The notes under the pieces are model-generated. The model made no database searches. It was not told where the DNA came from and saw only the letters and a list, made by a program, of their open reading frames with translations. From assembly GCA_038209995.1 (NCBI GenBank), contig JBBQXD010000006.1:35042-99041 (forward strand): a stretch of 64,000 nucleotides of DNA, written 5' to 3'. Made by a program: the position numbers and the translations under genes. Origin of the DNA: Candidatus Limnocylindria bacterium. GTDB lineage: Bacteria; Chloroflexota; Limnocylindria; QHBO01. The stretch's first letter is position 1; each line of letters starts with the position of its first letter. This document shows, piece after piece, positions 1-9,326 of this stretch.

Positions 1-575
1 GAACGGTTCCAGCAGGCGCGCGACCTCGGCCCCGATGCTGCCGAAGCCCACGATGCCGACCGTCACGCCGGCGAGCTCTCGACCGGGGAGTGGCTGCCAG
101 GTCCTCTCCCCCTGGAGCTCGAGCAGCTGCGGCAACCGCCGCTCGACGGCGAGCAGCATCATGACCAGGTACTCGGCGATCGGGCGTGAGAAGACGCCGC
201 GGCCGTTCGTGACCGTCAGCCCACGCGAGCGCACGATGGGCGTCGCGACGCGCTCGACCCCCGCGGAGTACGAATGGATCCACTCCAGCCGCGGAGCGCG
301 CCCGACGACATGGTCGAGGGTGGCGGCCGCCATGCCGCCGCGGAACAGGACGCGCGCGGCACCGAACAGCTCGTCCTCGGTGTCGGCGGCCGCGTCGCGC
401 ACCCGGCCGTCCCGGCTGAGCTGGACGAACCGAGCGCCCGCCACCGACTCGACGCGCGCGATGGCGTCCGGCGGCAGCGGACCCCCGAACAGTGGCGTGC
501 CGAGAACGACGAGCTGCTCCGACGTGCTCAGCGGACGGCCTCCGCGAGCGGGGCACGCTCCATCCGCGCGATCCA
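1..575 (-). CDS. D-isomer-specific 2-hydroxyacid dehydrogenase family protein, partial. The N-terminal part lies in the window; the rest runs off the window edge.
   Basis: The reverse-complement translation gives ...RLEWIHSYSAGVERV...GLTVTNGRGVFSRPIAEYLVMMLLAVERR...ELAGVTVGIVGFGSIGAEVARLLEPF. This contains the NAD-binding GxGxxG Rossmann motif typical of the D-2-hydroxyacid dehydrogenase family. The ORF is absent from the track because it is not closed within the window. The proposed GTG start near 575 would overlap the 3' end of the upstream gene by about 45 nt, so the start is uncertain. Confidence 0.55.
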
Positions 576-1700
576 CAGGCCCGCGTCCGCGATCTCTTCG
601 AGCGTCGGCAGCGTCTCAGGGCCGGTCCACACCCGATTGAGGAACGCACGGTCCCGCTGCGCGAGGACCGCGTCGACGAAGCGCTCGCCGGCCGCGTACT
701 GCTCCATCTTCAGGTCGAGACCGGTGAGCCGCATGATCATTCGCTCGATCGCTCCCCGGCGCTCGTTCCTGCGCTCGAATCGTGCATGGAGCTCGTCGAA
801 GCCCGGCAGGATCTTCTCGCCGGCGGCGTGCATGACGTGGTTCGAGTACCCCTCGAGGAGCGCCATGAGGGCCTGGGTTCGCTGGAAGCTCTCCCGCTGT
901 GGCGCCGACATGATCCGCTCCAGCCAGTGGCCCTCGCCGCCCGCCAGGGCGGCCCGCAGCCGCTCCCCCATACCACCGGCATCGGCCGCCAGGAGCTCCA
1001 CCGCCTCCGCCACGGAGGCCGCGAAGTGGTCGCGCAGCCACGGGTAGGCCTCGAACTCGAACGCGTGCGTGGCCTCGTGGAGCGCGATGAAGGTCCGGAA
1101 CTCGTCGAGCGGCAGCCGCATCGCGCCGGCCGTGGCGGTGATGTTCTGCTCCACGAACGCCAGCCGCCCGCGCACGTCCGGTGCAGCGGCGAGCAGGCTG
1201 ACGTCGTATTGGCCGAGGACCTTGCGGCCCAGGAACGCGAGCAAGAAGCCGAGCTGTTCGTTCCCGATCCGCCGATTCACGATGCGCGCCAGCGCACGGC
1301 CCGGGGTATCCGGCCCGACCTGCTGTGCCTGGATGATCGTCTCCACCCGACCGAAGAGCTGGCGAAAGGTGGCGATGTTGAGGTCGACCCACTCGGTCCG
1401 ATCAACGACGAGCGGGGTCTCCAGGGCCGCCGGTAGATCCGCACCGATCGCCTCGGCCACGGCGGGTTCGATGCGGCGCAGCGTCTCGGCGTAGAACGCC
1501 GTCGCACGTGCATGATCCTCGGCGGGGATCAGTGCGGCGGCGTCGCCAAGCCGCCGACGAGCGAGGCGGCGCACCTCGTCCCAGTCAAGCAGACGGGTGC
1601 CCGCGCGGCGCATGAGCTCGCGCTGCGCCACGGTCGCCCCCACCGCCAGCAGACCGCCGACCACCACGCCGGCGCCGAGCCGGCCCATGTTGCGTGCCAT
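528..1700 (-). CDS. Zinc-dependent metalloprotease of the DUF2342 family, a conserved actinobacterial family (the Rv3207c family).
   Basis: The 390-aa ORF carries an HExxH motif (HEATHAFEF) in the expected context. Its overall sequence matches the actinobacterial 'putative hydrolase / F420-associated' DUF2342 family. It is in clean operon spacing with murI: the murI stop is at 1710 and this gene starts at 1700. Confidence 0.7.
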   Translation of the reverse strand: MARNMGRLGAGVVVGGLLAVGATVAQRELMRRAGTRLLDWDEVRRLARRRLGDAAALIPAEDHARATAFYAETLRRIEPAVAEAIGADLPAALETPLVVDRTEWVDLNIATFRQLFGRVETIIQAQQVGPDTPGRALARIVNRRIGNEQLGFLLAFLGRKVLGQYDVSLLAAAPDVRGRLAFVEQNITATAGAMRLPLDEFRTFIALHEATHAFEFEAYPWLRDHFAASVAEAVELLAADAGGMGERLRAALAGGEGHWLERIMSAPQRESFQRTQALMALLEGYSNHVMHAAGEKILPGFDELHARFERRNERRGAIERMIMRLTGLDLKMEQYAAGERFVDAVLAQRDRAFLNRVWTGPETLPTLEEIADAGLWIARMERAPLAEAVR

Positions 1701-1709
1701 CGGCTCAGT

Positions 1710-2558
1710 CTAGCCGCGGGCGGCGGTCACCGCGGCGGAGTGCTCGGCGACGTCGACCGCCTCGATCGGGGGCAGTGCATCGCCGAAGAGCCTGGCGGCC
1801 ACCGCTCGGAAGGCGTCGACCGATCCGGTGGTCGCGACCCGCACGCCACCGCCGCCCGGCGCGGCACGCATGCCGAGCGCATCGAGGAGATCCTCGACGG
1901 CGACGGCGGTGGTGAACGCTGAGTCGACGACGGCGACTCCGCTCCCCAGGCGCGCCTCGATGAGCGGCCGCAGAAGCGGGTAGTGCGTACAGCCCAGCAG
2001 GAGCGTGTCGATGCCTTCATCGGCTGCCATGAGGGCATCGAGGTAGCCGGCCACCACCTGGCGCGTGCGGGGCCCGTCCAGCTCGCCGCGCTCGACGATC
2101 GGGACGAGCTCTGGGCAGGCCAGCTGGCGCACCGCAATCCGGGGATTTGCCTCGGAGATCGCCCTTGCATACGCATCCGAACCGACGGTGCCCGCCGTCG
2201 CGATGACGCCCACATGGCCGCGGCGGGTCGCCGCCGCGACCGCGACCGCGCCCGGTCGAATGACGCCGAGGACGGGAACGGCAGCAGTCTCGCGGACGAG
2301 GTCCAGCGCCTGGGCCGTGGCCGTATTGCAGGCGAGGAGCAGGAGCTTGATGTCCCGGCCGAGCAGCCAGCGAATGCATTCGATGGTGAAGCGCCGCACC
2401 TCGTCCCCGTCGCGCGAGCCGTACGGCGTGCGGGCGTTGTCGCCGAGGTAGATGAAGCGCTCGTCCGGCAGCCGGCGCTGGAGCTCGGTGAGGACGGTCA
2501 GGCCGCCGACGCCGGAGTCGAAGACGCCGATCGGTCTCGAGTCGCCCTGCCGGCTCAC
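1710..2558 (-). CDS. murI: Glutamate racemase.
   Basis: The 282-aa protein has the typical MurI signatures VFDSGVGGLTV, LACNTA and GCTHYPLL. Its ATGA start overlaps the stop of the upstream ATPase gene (2555-2558). Confidence 0.9.
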   Translation of the reverse strand: MSRQGDSRPIGVFDSGVGGLTVLTELQRRLPDERFIYLGDNARTPYGSRDGDEVRRFTIECIRWLLGRDIKLLLLACNTATAQALDLVRETAAVPVLGVIRPGAVAVAAATRRGHVGVIATAGTVGSDAYARAISEANPRIAVRQLACPELVPIVERGELDGPRTRQVVAGYLDALMAADEGIDTLLLGCTHYPLLRPLIEARLGSGVAVVDSAFTTAVAVEDLLDALGMRAAPGGGGVRVATTGSVDAFRAVAARLFGDALPPIEAVDVAEHSAAVTAARG

Positions 2559-3703
2559 CGCCGGGCCAGGGCGGGGCTGCGCTCCCGGAGCAGCGCCGTC
2601 ATCGACTCGGCGATGCGCCGCACGCCGGCGGCGATCGGCGTATCCGGGGCGCTGGTGACAAACGGGATTCCCTCGTTGTTGGCCGATGCCACGAGCCGCC
2701 CATCCGACACGATCTCGTAATCAATGCGCGCGCCGAGGGCCTCCTCGACATCGGCCTTGTCGAATCCGCCGGAGGAGTCGGAGCGGTTCAGGACCACCGA
2801 CAGCTTGCTCGGCAGGTAGCCGATGGCGTTGAACGTCTCGTTCGCCATCACCAGCCCGCGAATCGCCATGCTGTCGTACGTCAGCACCTGGAGGATGACG
2901 TCAGCGGGGTCCAGGAAGACGAGGACGTCTTCGGAGAGTGCGGGCCGGGTGTCGATGATCACGAACTCGTAGAGCTTGCGCAGCATCCCGAGCACCTTCT
3001 CGATGTCCCGCACGGTGATCATCTCCGCCATCTCGACCCGCGGCGGGGCGAGGAGGATGTCGATTCCCGACGGGTCGCGCCAGGTGACCTCGGCGAGGTC
3101 CGAGTCGCGGATCCGATCGGTCGGCAGGTTGACGATGCTGGGCGCCACGGCCGGCACGCGGAGCAGGCCGCGAAGGTCGCTGAACTGCAGCGAGCCGTCG
3201 ACGAGGCAGACCCGGTGCTCCTGCCCGAGGGCGACCGCCAGATTGTAGGCGAGCGTCGTGCGCCCGACGCCGCCCTTCGGCGAGAAGAGGCTGATCATGA
3301 GCGAGCCGGCGCGCGACGCGGCGACGCCGCGCTCCTCGTGGACCTTGCGGATCATCGTCGTCAGGTCGAAGCCGCTGAACGGCATCTTCAGGACCGCGTC
3401 GACGCCCCGTTCCGTGTCCTCGCGGACCGGGTTCTGGGGCACCGTCAGCATGATGATCCCGACCTGCGCCTCGGCGCGCCGGATCGTCTCCGCGACGGCC
3501 TGCCCGCTAACCCTGCCCTGGAGGAGGGCATCGACGATCACGACATCCGGTCGGAGCTCGCCGACGGACGCCACCGCGCGGTCCCCCGCGGTCACAACCT
3601 CGAGCATCTTGATCTGGGCCTGGGCAGCCAGAAGCGACCGCATGTGGGAGGCCACCTGCGGAACGTCCTCGACGACCAGGAGCCGAATCTGCTCTCCGCC
3701 CAC
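2555..3703 (-). CDS. MinD/ParA-superfamily ATPase with an N-terminal receiver-like domain (CpaE-like, or the ParA-related actinobacterial type).
   Basis: The N-terminal ~120 aa look receiver-like (LLVVEDVPQ...VVIVDALL). These are followed by a deviant Walker A motif, SPKGGVGRTT. The protein is 382 aa. No tad/cpa pilus genes are nearby. Confidence 0.7.
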   Translation of the reverse strand: MGGEQIRLLVVEDVPQVASHMRSLLAAQAQIKMLEVVTAGDRAVASVGELRPDVVIVDALLQGRVSGQAVAETIRRAEAQVGIIMLTVPQNPVREDTERGVDAVLKMPFSGFDLTTMIRKVHEERGVAASRAGSLMISLFSPKGGVGRTTLAYNLAVALGQEHRVCLVDGSLQFSDLRGLLRVPAVAPSIVNLPTDRIRDSDLAEVTWRDPSGIDILLAPPRVEMAEMITVRDIEKVLGMLRKLYEFVIIDTRPALSEDVLVFLDPADVILQVLTYDSMAIRGLVMANETFNAIGYLPSKLSVVLNRSDSSGGFDKADVEEALGARIDYEIVSDGRLVASANNEGIPFVTSAPDTPIAAGVRRIAESMTALLRERSPALARR

Positions 3704-3713
3704 TCCCCTCTCC

Positions 3714-4559
3714 CTACGGCCGGGAACGCCCCGGCATGTTCGTCCCCGCCGGACGGATCACCGCGATCCGTCGCTCGCTATCGGTCGGATCATACGGGTC
3801 CAGCTCGTACGATCCCCAGCTGAGATCGATGATGAGGCCCGCCGTGGCGGCTGCCCGCTCGATCGACTCGATCGATGGATACCAGAGCTGGAAGCTCGCA
3901 GGAAGCGACCCTATCGTACCATCGGCCCGGCGGCGCTCCGAGATCGTCGCGTACGCGACGCGCATGCCGTCCGCCTCGTCCCAGCGCTCGAGCTGCGACC
4001 GCCGGACCACCTGCTCGCCCCGGATTTCCTTCGCCCAGTCGACGCTGAGTGGCAGGTTGCGATGCGGGAGCTGTGCCGGTCCGAGGTCGTCGAGGACGAT
4101 GCGCCCGTCATGCCCGACGAGCGGCGCGAGCGTCCGCAGCATGTCGGCGAGGGCGTCGAAGCCATCCAGGTGCGGCACGACGCCCGCGACGGCGACGAGG
4201 CGGAACGGCGCCGCCGCGTCCACAGCTTGGCCCAGCGCGCGGCGCGCGTCGCCGACGAGGACCACCAGGCGGGCGTCACGCACCGCCGCATCCAGCACGG
4301 AGTCCCCGCGGATGCGCTGCCACGCCCGCGCCAGGAGCGCCGGCGAGCCGTCGACTCCCACGAGTGGCGCGGCGCCGCCATCCAGCAGCGGCCGGAAGAG
4401 ACGGCCCGACCCACATCCGATATCGAGCACCGATCCGGGCTGACGCCGAACCAGCTCACGCCAGAATGGGAGATCATCATCGACCTCGTCGTGCTCGAGG
4501 TCGTAGAGCTCCGCGAGGGCCGAAGCATCGATCCCCTGCTCGGCGAAGATGTCGCTCAC
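3714..4559 (-). CDS. Class I SAM-dependent methyltransferase (small-molecule or protein type).
   Basis: The SAM-binding motif I is VLDIGCGSGRL. The ATG listed in the track lies inside the upstream gene, so I chose the GTG at 4559, which overlaps the upstream stop in a GTGA arrangement. No DNA-methyltransferase (D/N)PP(Y/F) motif is present. Confidence 0.65.
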   Translation of the reverse strand: MSDIFAEQGIDASALAELYDLEHDEVDDDLPFWRELVRRQPGSVLDIGCGSGRLFRPLLDGGAAPLVGVDGSPALLARAWQRIRGDSVLDAAVRDARLVVLVGDARRALGQAVDAAAPFRLVAVAGVVPHLDGFDALADMLRTLAPLVGHDGRIVLDDLGPAQLPHRNLPLSVDWAKEIRGEQVVRRSQLERWDEADGMRVAYATISERRRADGTIGSLPASFQLWYPSIESIERAAATAGLIIDLSWGSYELDPYDPTDSERRIAVIRPAGTNMPGRSRP

Positions 4560-4960
4560 GGCAGGTCCACGTACCGCACCGCGAACCACTCCACGCCGGC
4601 GGCGAGCGCCACCGCGAACAGGGCGATCGGAATGGTCAGGGCGCCGCCCAGCCGGAGCCCCGCGAGCGCCGCCAGCGCCACCGCCACCAGCGTCCCGCGT
4701 CGCACGGCGCGCCACCACGCGCCCCGGTAGACGATCCCGCGCCGCGCGGTGACCTCGCCGAGGAACGCGAACGGCACGACGAGGATGCCGGCGCTGAGGG
4801 CAGCCAGCCCCACGACGAGGAGCCGATTCGCCGCCGATCCCGGACAGGGCTGACCTGGCACGTCATTCGGGCACAGGCGGGACGCGGTCGCGACGAGCAC
4901 CACGAAGCCGAGCAGCGCGAGCAGCACGAGGGCGATGACCGCGAGACGATGGCGGCCCAT
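4556..4960 (-). CDS. Small integral membrane protein with three predicted transmembrane helices; function unknown.
   Basis: The 134-aa ORF has three hydrophobic segments. Its start overlaps the helicase stop (TGATG at 4958-4962) and its stop overlaps the methyltransferase start, which suggests translational coupling along the operon. Confidence 0.5.
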   Translation of the reverse strand: MGRHRLAVIALVLLALLGFVVLVATASRLCPNDVPGQPCPGSAANRLLVVGLAALSAGILVVPFAFLGEVTARRGIVYRGAWWRAVRRGTLVAVALAALAGLRLGGALTIPIALFAVALAAGVEWFAVRYVDLP

Positions 4961-7900
4961 CAGCGCGCCGCATCGGGGCAGATCTCGCGGAAGGGGCAGT
5001 AGCCGCAGCGGACGGCGCCCGGGGTCGCCTCGAACCGGGCGGCCCGAATGCCCGCCGCCACCCCGGCGACCTGCTCGGTCGCCTTGGCGAGTCGTCGTTC
5101 GGTCGGATCGGAGCGGCCCACGATCCCCGACTCCAGGAAGTGCAGCGTGAGCTCGTCGGGCAGGCGACCGTGCTGCGCCTCATGGGCAAGGGCGTAGATC
5201 GACAGCTGGAGCGACTCACGCGCGCGCCGGTTCGCGGTCGCCGGATCCCGCACATCGCTCGTCTTGTAGTCGGTGATCGTCGTGCGGCCATCGGCATCGG
5301 CGTCGACGCGGTCGTACCGGCCTCGCATGCGATCGGCACCCAGGAGGAACGCGAACTCCTGCTCGACGCTGGTCGGCGTCGCCGGGTCGGTCTGCTGCTC
5401 GTTCCAGAAGCGGTCGAGCGCCACGCGCGCCGCTGCCCGGCGCGCATCTTCGTGCGCGCGAGTGAGGAAGCCGATCGACTCCCAGTCGCTGTCGAGCGCG
5501 GCGTGAAGCTCCTCCCGGGTCATCGGTCGCCCAGCCATCTGACGGCGATGAAAGGCCTGGACGGCGGCATGGACCGCGCGGCCGTACACGAGCTGGTGGC
5601 TGGGTGGGGTGGGGATGCGGATGACGTGCGCGAATCGGTAGCGCGCGGGACACGAGAGGTAGTCGTTGACCTGGCCATACGAGAGCGCCAGCGGACGATC
5701 GCCAAGCGCCGGCTGGCCGGCGGTCGCGGCCGGGAGGCGAGCGGGCTCCTCGTGGCGTGCCAGGCGCTCGAGCACGCTGGGGCGGACCGCCTCGATGGGC
5801 GTTGCCGGCGGCAGGTCGAGCGCCTCGTTCACGAACGGGCTGACGCGTCGCGAGCGGCGGCCGCCATAGTCGCCCGCCCAGCTGAGGACCAGCTCCTCCT
5901 GCGCGCGTGTCATGCCCACGTAGAAGAGCCGGCGCTCCTCGGCCAGGTGGTGGTCCGGATCCGGCACCGGGTCGCGGAGCAGCTGGTCCGGCAGCTCGAG
6001 GGCGTCGCCGCGGCCGCGCGTGGGAAACCGCTCGTCGACGAGCCCGACCATGAAAACGACCGGGAATTCAAGACCCTTGGCCTTGTGATAGGTGAGCACG
6101 TGCGTCGCGTCCGCCTCGTCCGGACCGGCGTCGGCGGTGGCGGGATCGTCGCCGGCCTCGATGAGGGTGTCGAGCTGGGCGACCAGGAACGGGAGCCGAT
6201 CGTCACGCAGGAGGGACGACTGGCGGCGGACGATCTCGAAGAAGCGCGCGACGTTCTGCAACCGCTCATCGCCGGTTTCGCGCGCCTCGGTGGCGAGCCG
6301 GCCGAGCCATCCGCTGCCGGCGATGAAGTGATAGAGCAGCTCGCCGGACGTCCGTTCCGTGGCGAATGTCCGATGCTGGTCGATCGTCGCCAGCAGGCGC
6401 TCCACGACCTCGCGTGCGCCCCGCCCGAATGGCGATCCCGATGGGTGCTCGACGCCTTCACGCAACGCGCGCTCGAGCGGCGTGCGGCGGCGGGCGGCGC
6501 GATTGAGCGCGAGCGTGACGTCCTCCGCCCCGAGACCGAAGATCTCGCTCGTCGCCAGGTCGTAGCAGCTCACCGAGTCGTCGGGATCGTTGACGGCGCG
6601 CAGGAAGGAGACGAGGACCCGCACCTCCGACTGCTGGTAGAGGCCCGCGCTGCCGCTGAACCGCCACGGGATGCGCGCCATGTTGAGGGCGCGCAGGAAA
6701 GGCTCCGCGTCGCGATTCCCGCGGACGAGGATCGCGTGGTCGCCGGCGCGCCGTCCCTCCCGGAGCCCGGCCGCAATCCGGGCGGCGACTGCATCGGCCT
6801 CGTCCGAGCCGGTGGCGTGCGCCGTCAGCTCGATCGCGCCCGAGGCAGGGAGCTCGCGCCGGAACGTCGCTCGCGCCCGGAGCCGCTTGTCGATCCCCTC
6901 GCGCACCTCGAGCCGATGGGGGTCGTTGTGGGCAATGAGCCGATGCGACGCATCAAGGATCTGCTGCCGGCTGCGGAAGTTGTCGACCAGGACGACCGAC
7001 CTGGCGCGCGGGTAGGCCTCGCGGAAGGTGAGGATGTTGCCGAGCGCCGCGCCGCGGAAGCGGTAGATGCTCTGGTCGTCGTCGCCGACCACGGTGACGT
7101 TGGCGCGCGGCGAGCCCGCGAGGAGCCTGACGAGCTCGAACTGGGCGTGATTGGTGTCCTGGAACTCGTCAACGAGGATGTACCGATAGCGGTCGCGCTC
7201 CGCCGCCAGCATCGCCGGCTGGTCGCGGAGCAGCCGGAGCACGAGGCTCACCTGGTCGCCGAAGTCGAGCCGGTCGTTGGCGCGCATGAGGCGCTCGTAG
7301 GCGGCGTAACAGGCGGCCAGCTCGGCATGCCGCGCAGCCCGATCCGCCAGCGCGGCGTCGCCCGGGTCACGCCCCGCCGCGACGAGCAGGCCATCCGCGG
7401 CTCCGAGGTAATCGGCGGGAGCGAGGTCCTCGTCGCGCGCGCGGCTGAAGAGGGTGACGAGGGCCGACAGGAAGCGCGTGGGGTCGCCGAGCGGGCGATA
7501 TCGGTCGAGCGGGAGCGCGAAGAGATGCTCGCGGAGGAAGATGATCTGCTCACTGCGCGACAGGACGGTGGAGCGGTCCGAGAGGCCCGCCTCGAGAGCA
7601 TGCTCGCGGAGCAGCCGATCTCCGAACGCGTGAAACGTGGCGATGACCGCATCGGTTTGGCCGTATGGCACCAGCTGGTCGACACGCTCGGTCATCTCCG
7701 CCGCCGCACGGTCGGTGAAGGTCAGCGCCAGGATCTCGGACGGCGCGGCGCGCTTCTCGGCGATGAGCCAGGCGATGCGGCGCGTGATGACCGTCGTCTT
7801 GCCGGTCCCCGCCCCCGCCACGATGAGCAGCGGCCCCTCCCCGTGCGTGACCGCCTTCCGCTGGCGAGCGGTGAGATCGCTGAGCAGCGGCTGCTGGAGG

Positions 7901-8019
7901 CGCAGGTGCGGACGGCGCGGTCGCGGCGGTGGAGCGACGAGCTCCTCGAAGATCGGGAGCTGGTTCGGGGACGGCACGACCGACGGCACGTCCTCGATGG
8001 TAGCCGGTGGCGCTGTCAT
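4960..8019 (-). CDS. UvrD/PcrA-family ATP-dependent DNA helicase fused to a C-terminal RecB-type PD-(D/E)xK nuclease with an Fe-S cysteine cluster (AdnB/AddA-like).
   Basis: The 1019-aa protein has Walker A (GAGTGKT), motif II (DEFQDT), and the later UvrD motifs (VVGDDDQSIYRFRGA, TYHKAKGLEFPVV). The C-terminal nuclease region has ITDYKT and the cysteine motif C...GYCPFREICP. Confidence 0.85.
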   Translation of the reverse strand: MTAPPATIEDVPSVVPSPNQLPIFEELVAPPPRPRRPHLRLQQPLLSDLTARQRKAVTHGEGPLLIVAGAGTGKTTVITRRIAWLIAEKRAAPSEILALTFTDRAAAEMTERVDQLVPYGQTDAVIATFHAFGDRLLREHALEAGLSDRSTVLSRSEQIIFLREHLFALPLDRYRPLGDPTRFLSALVTLFSRARDEDLAPADYLGAADGLLVAAGRDPGDAALADRAARHAELAACYAAYERLMRANDRLDFGDQVSLVLRLLRDQPAMLAAERDRYRYILVDEFQDTNHAQFELVRLLAGSPRANVTVVGDDDQSIYRFRGAALGNILTFREAYPRARSVVLVDNFRSRQQILDASHRLIAHNDPHRLEVREGIDKRLRARATFRRELPASGAIELTAHATGSDEADAVAARIAAGLREGRRAGDHAILVRGNRDAEPFLRALNMARIPWRFSGSAGLYQQSEVRVLVSFLRAVNDPDDSVSCYDLATSEIFGLGAEDVTLALNRAARRRTPLERALREGVEHPSGSPFGRGAREVVERLLATIDQHRTFATERTSGELLYHFIAGSGWLGRLATEARETGDERLQNVARFFEIVRRQSSLLRDDRLPFLVAQLDTLIEAGDDPATADAGPDEADATHVLTYHKAKGLEFPVVFMVGLVDERFPTRGRGDALELPDQLLRDPVPDPDHHLAEERRLFYVGMTRAQEELVLSWAGDYGGRRSRRVSPFVNEALDLPPATPIEAVRPSVLERLARHEEPARLPAATAGQPALGDRPLALSYGQVNDYLSCPARYRFAHVIRIPTPPSHQLVYGRAVHAAVQAFHRRQMAGRPMTREELHAALDSDWESIGFLTRAHEDARRAAARVALDRFWNEQQTDPATPTSVEQEFAFLLGADRMRGRYDRVDADADGRTTITDYKTSDVRDPATANRRARESLQLSIYALAHEAQHGRLPDELTLHFLESGIVGRSDPTERRLAKATEQVAGVAAGIRAARFEATPGAVRCGYCPFREICPDAAR

Positions 8020-8066
8020 GCCGTCAGCCTGGTACCGCGTCGCGACAGCTCACCTGTCGCGACCGG

Positions 8067-8702
8067 TCAGGCTCGGTGGCGGCGACGCTCCTCGATCCGG
8101 AACGCGATCAGCGCCTCTGCGTGCCGACGGCTGGTCCGCAGCTCGTCACGAGCTCGCGCCACGCTGACCCGACCACCACGCGCCATCACGTCGAGGCGCC
8201 CCGCGAGCGCCAGGTACCGATCGCGCGGGTAGTCGATGCCGGGTGCCACGCTCACCAGCTCGCCGGCGGCCCGGAGCTGATCGATCACCGTCGGCGGGAT
8301 CCCGAGCCGCGACGCGATGCCCTCGATCCGCGGCGGTGCCGCGTCGGCGGCGCGAAGCCCGTCGAGCAGCGCGTCGACCCGGCGCCGCATCTCGGTATCC
8401 AGCGTCGGCTCATGCTCGGGCAGCCGGACCCGGCGGCCCTCCCCGGCCATGGTTCCCGCCGCGCGCATCTCGTCCATCAGCTGCAGGAGCGCAGTGTCGT
8501 CGAGCGCGAGGTGCCCTCCCCCGCGATGGCCCGATGGGAGTCGCTCGGCATGATCGGCGCGCACCTCCGCAATCACGGTATCGATCCGCAGGTCGGCGCG
8601 CAGCGGCTCGCGCCGGTGGAGGCGCCGGAGGGCGGACAGGATGCGGCGCTGCGCGAGCCGGCGCTGCGCCTCGACGTCACCCGCGCGACGGACCGGGTCC
8701 AC
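8067..8702 (-). CDS. Hypothetical Arg/Leu-rich protein, possibly a winged-helix (SelB C-terminal-like) nucleic-acid-binding protein.
   Basis: This is a 211-aa ORF with codon usage consistent with the neighbouring genes, in tight operon spacing with the DUF4446 gene (3-nt gap). No catalytic motif is visible. The winged-helix call is only a pattern impression. Confidence 0.4.
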   Translation of the reverse strand: MDPVRRAGDVEAQRRLAQRRILSALRRLHRREPLRADLRIDTVIAEVRADHAERLPSGHRGGGHLALDDTALLQLMDEMRAAGTMAGEGRRVRLPEHEPTLDTEMRRRVDALLDGLRAADAAPPRIEGIASRLGIPPTVIDQLRAAGELVSVAPGIDYPRDRYLALAGRLDVMARGGRVSVARARDELRTSRRHAEALIAFRIEERRRHRA

Positions 8703-8704
8703 GG

Positions 8705-9226
8705 CTAGCCGCCGCCCGGCCGTGCCTGCGTGCCCTCGACCGCGATCTTGATGGCCTGCGCCTCCTCGTCCGACAGGTTGTGCCGGCTCGCGCCGCCCTC
8801 CACCGGCTTCGCGAAGATGCGCGTGTTCGCCCGCCCGTGGAGGCTGCTCAGGACGATGCCGTCCCGCCGGTCGTCGAGAAGCGCGATCGCGAAGCTCTGG
8901 TCGCTCCCGGTGTCCTCGAAGGGATTGAAGCGCACCATGCCGATGTGCTGGAGGGCGCCGCGCGTCCGTCGCTCGAGATAGGCCTGCAGCTCGTTGACCT
9001 CCTCGAGTCGTCCGGCGACCGCATCGAGCCGCCCCATGTGTCCGTCGAGGATGCCCTGCAGATTGCCCCCATCGGCACCGCGCACCAGGCCGCGGTACGC
9101 GCGTGTGGCGCGTCCGACTCGGATGCTCTGGACGACGACGAGGAGCAGCAGGATGAGCACGATGAGCGCGATCCCACCCAGCGCGAGCGCCAGGTTGTCG
9201 GAGAGGACCCGGTTGAGATCGGACAT
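8705..9226 (-). CDS. DUF4446-family protein with an N-terminal transmembrane helix.
   Basis: I placed the start at the internal ATG at 9226 (MSDLNRVLSDNLALALGGIALIVLILL...). The 288-aa version in the track extends upstream through low-complexity sequence. The conserved C-terminal segment VRFNPFEDTGSDQSFAIALLDDRRDGIVLSSLHGR is typical of DUF4446. Confidence 0.55.
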   Translation of the reverse strand: MSDLNRVLSDNLALALGGIALIVLILLLLVVVQSIRVGRATRAYRGLVRGADGGNLQGILDGHMGRLDAVAGRLEEVNELQAYLERRTRGALQHIGMVRFNPFEDTGSDQSFAIALLDDRRDGIVLSSLHGRANTRIFAKPVEGGASRHNLSDEEAQAIKIAVEGTQARPGGG

Positions 9227-9326
9227 CGGCGCGGTATCATACCGTCCCCGCCGTGCCCGACCGGGCATGCGAGCGTCTCCGGAACGAGCGCGCGGCAGGG
9301 CTATGCGAACGCGACGAGGACCGGAG

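Noticed and set aside
492-1494. Several plus-strand ORFs (314 aa, 257 aa, 141 aa) overlapping the metalloprotease gene.
   Set aside because: They are out-of-frame or antisense shadows with no motifs. The minus-strand ORF carries the HExxH motif and family-wide similarity.
3714-8019. A restriction-modification or defence island made of a helicase-nuclease, a methyltransferase and an ATPase.
   Set aside because: The methyltransferase is a small class I SAM enzyme with no DNA-methyltransferase (D/N)PPY motif. The gene set matches conserved actinobacterial housekeeping synteny. There is no restriction endonuclease, DUF1998, PglZ, or the like.
5140-8232. A 1030-aa plus-strand ORF antisense to the helicase-nuclease gene.
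   Set aside because: It is Arg/Ala/Gly-rich low-complexity sequence with no motifs, and it lies antisense to a gene with clear UvrD/RecB motifs. This is the typical GC-rich shadow ORF.
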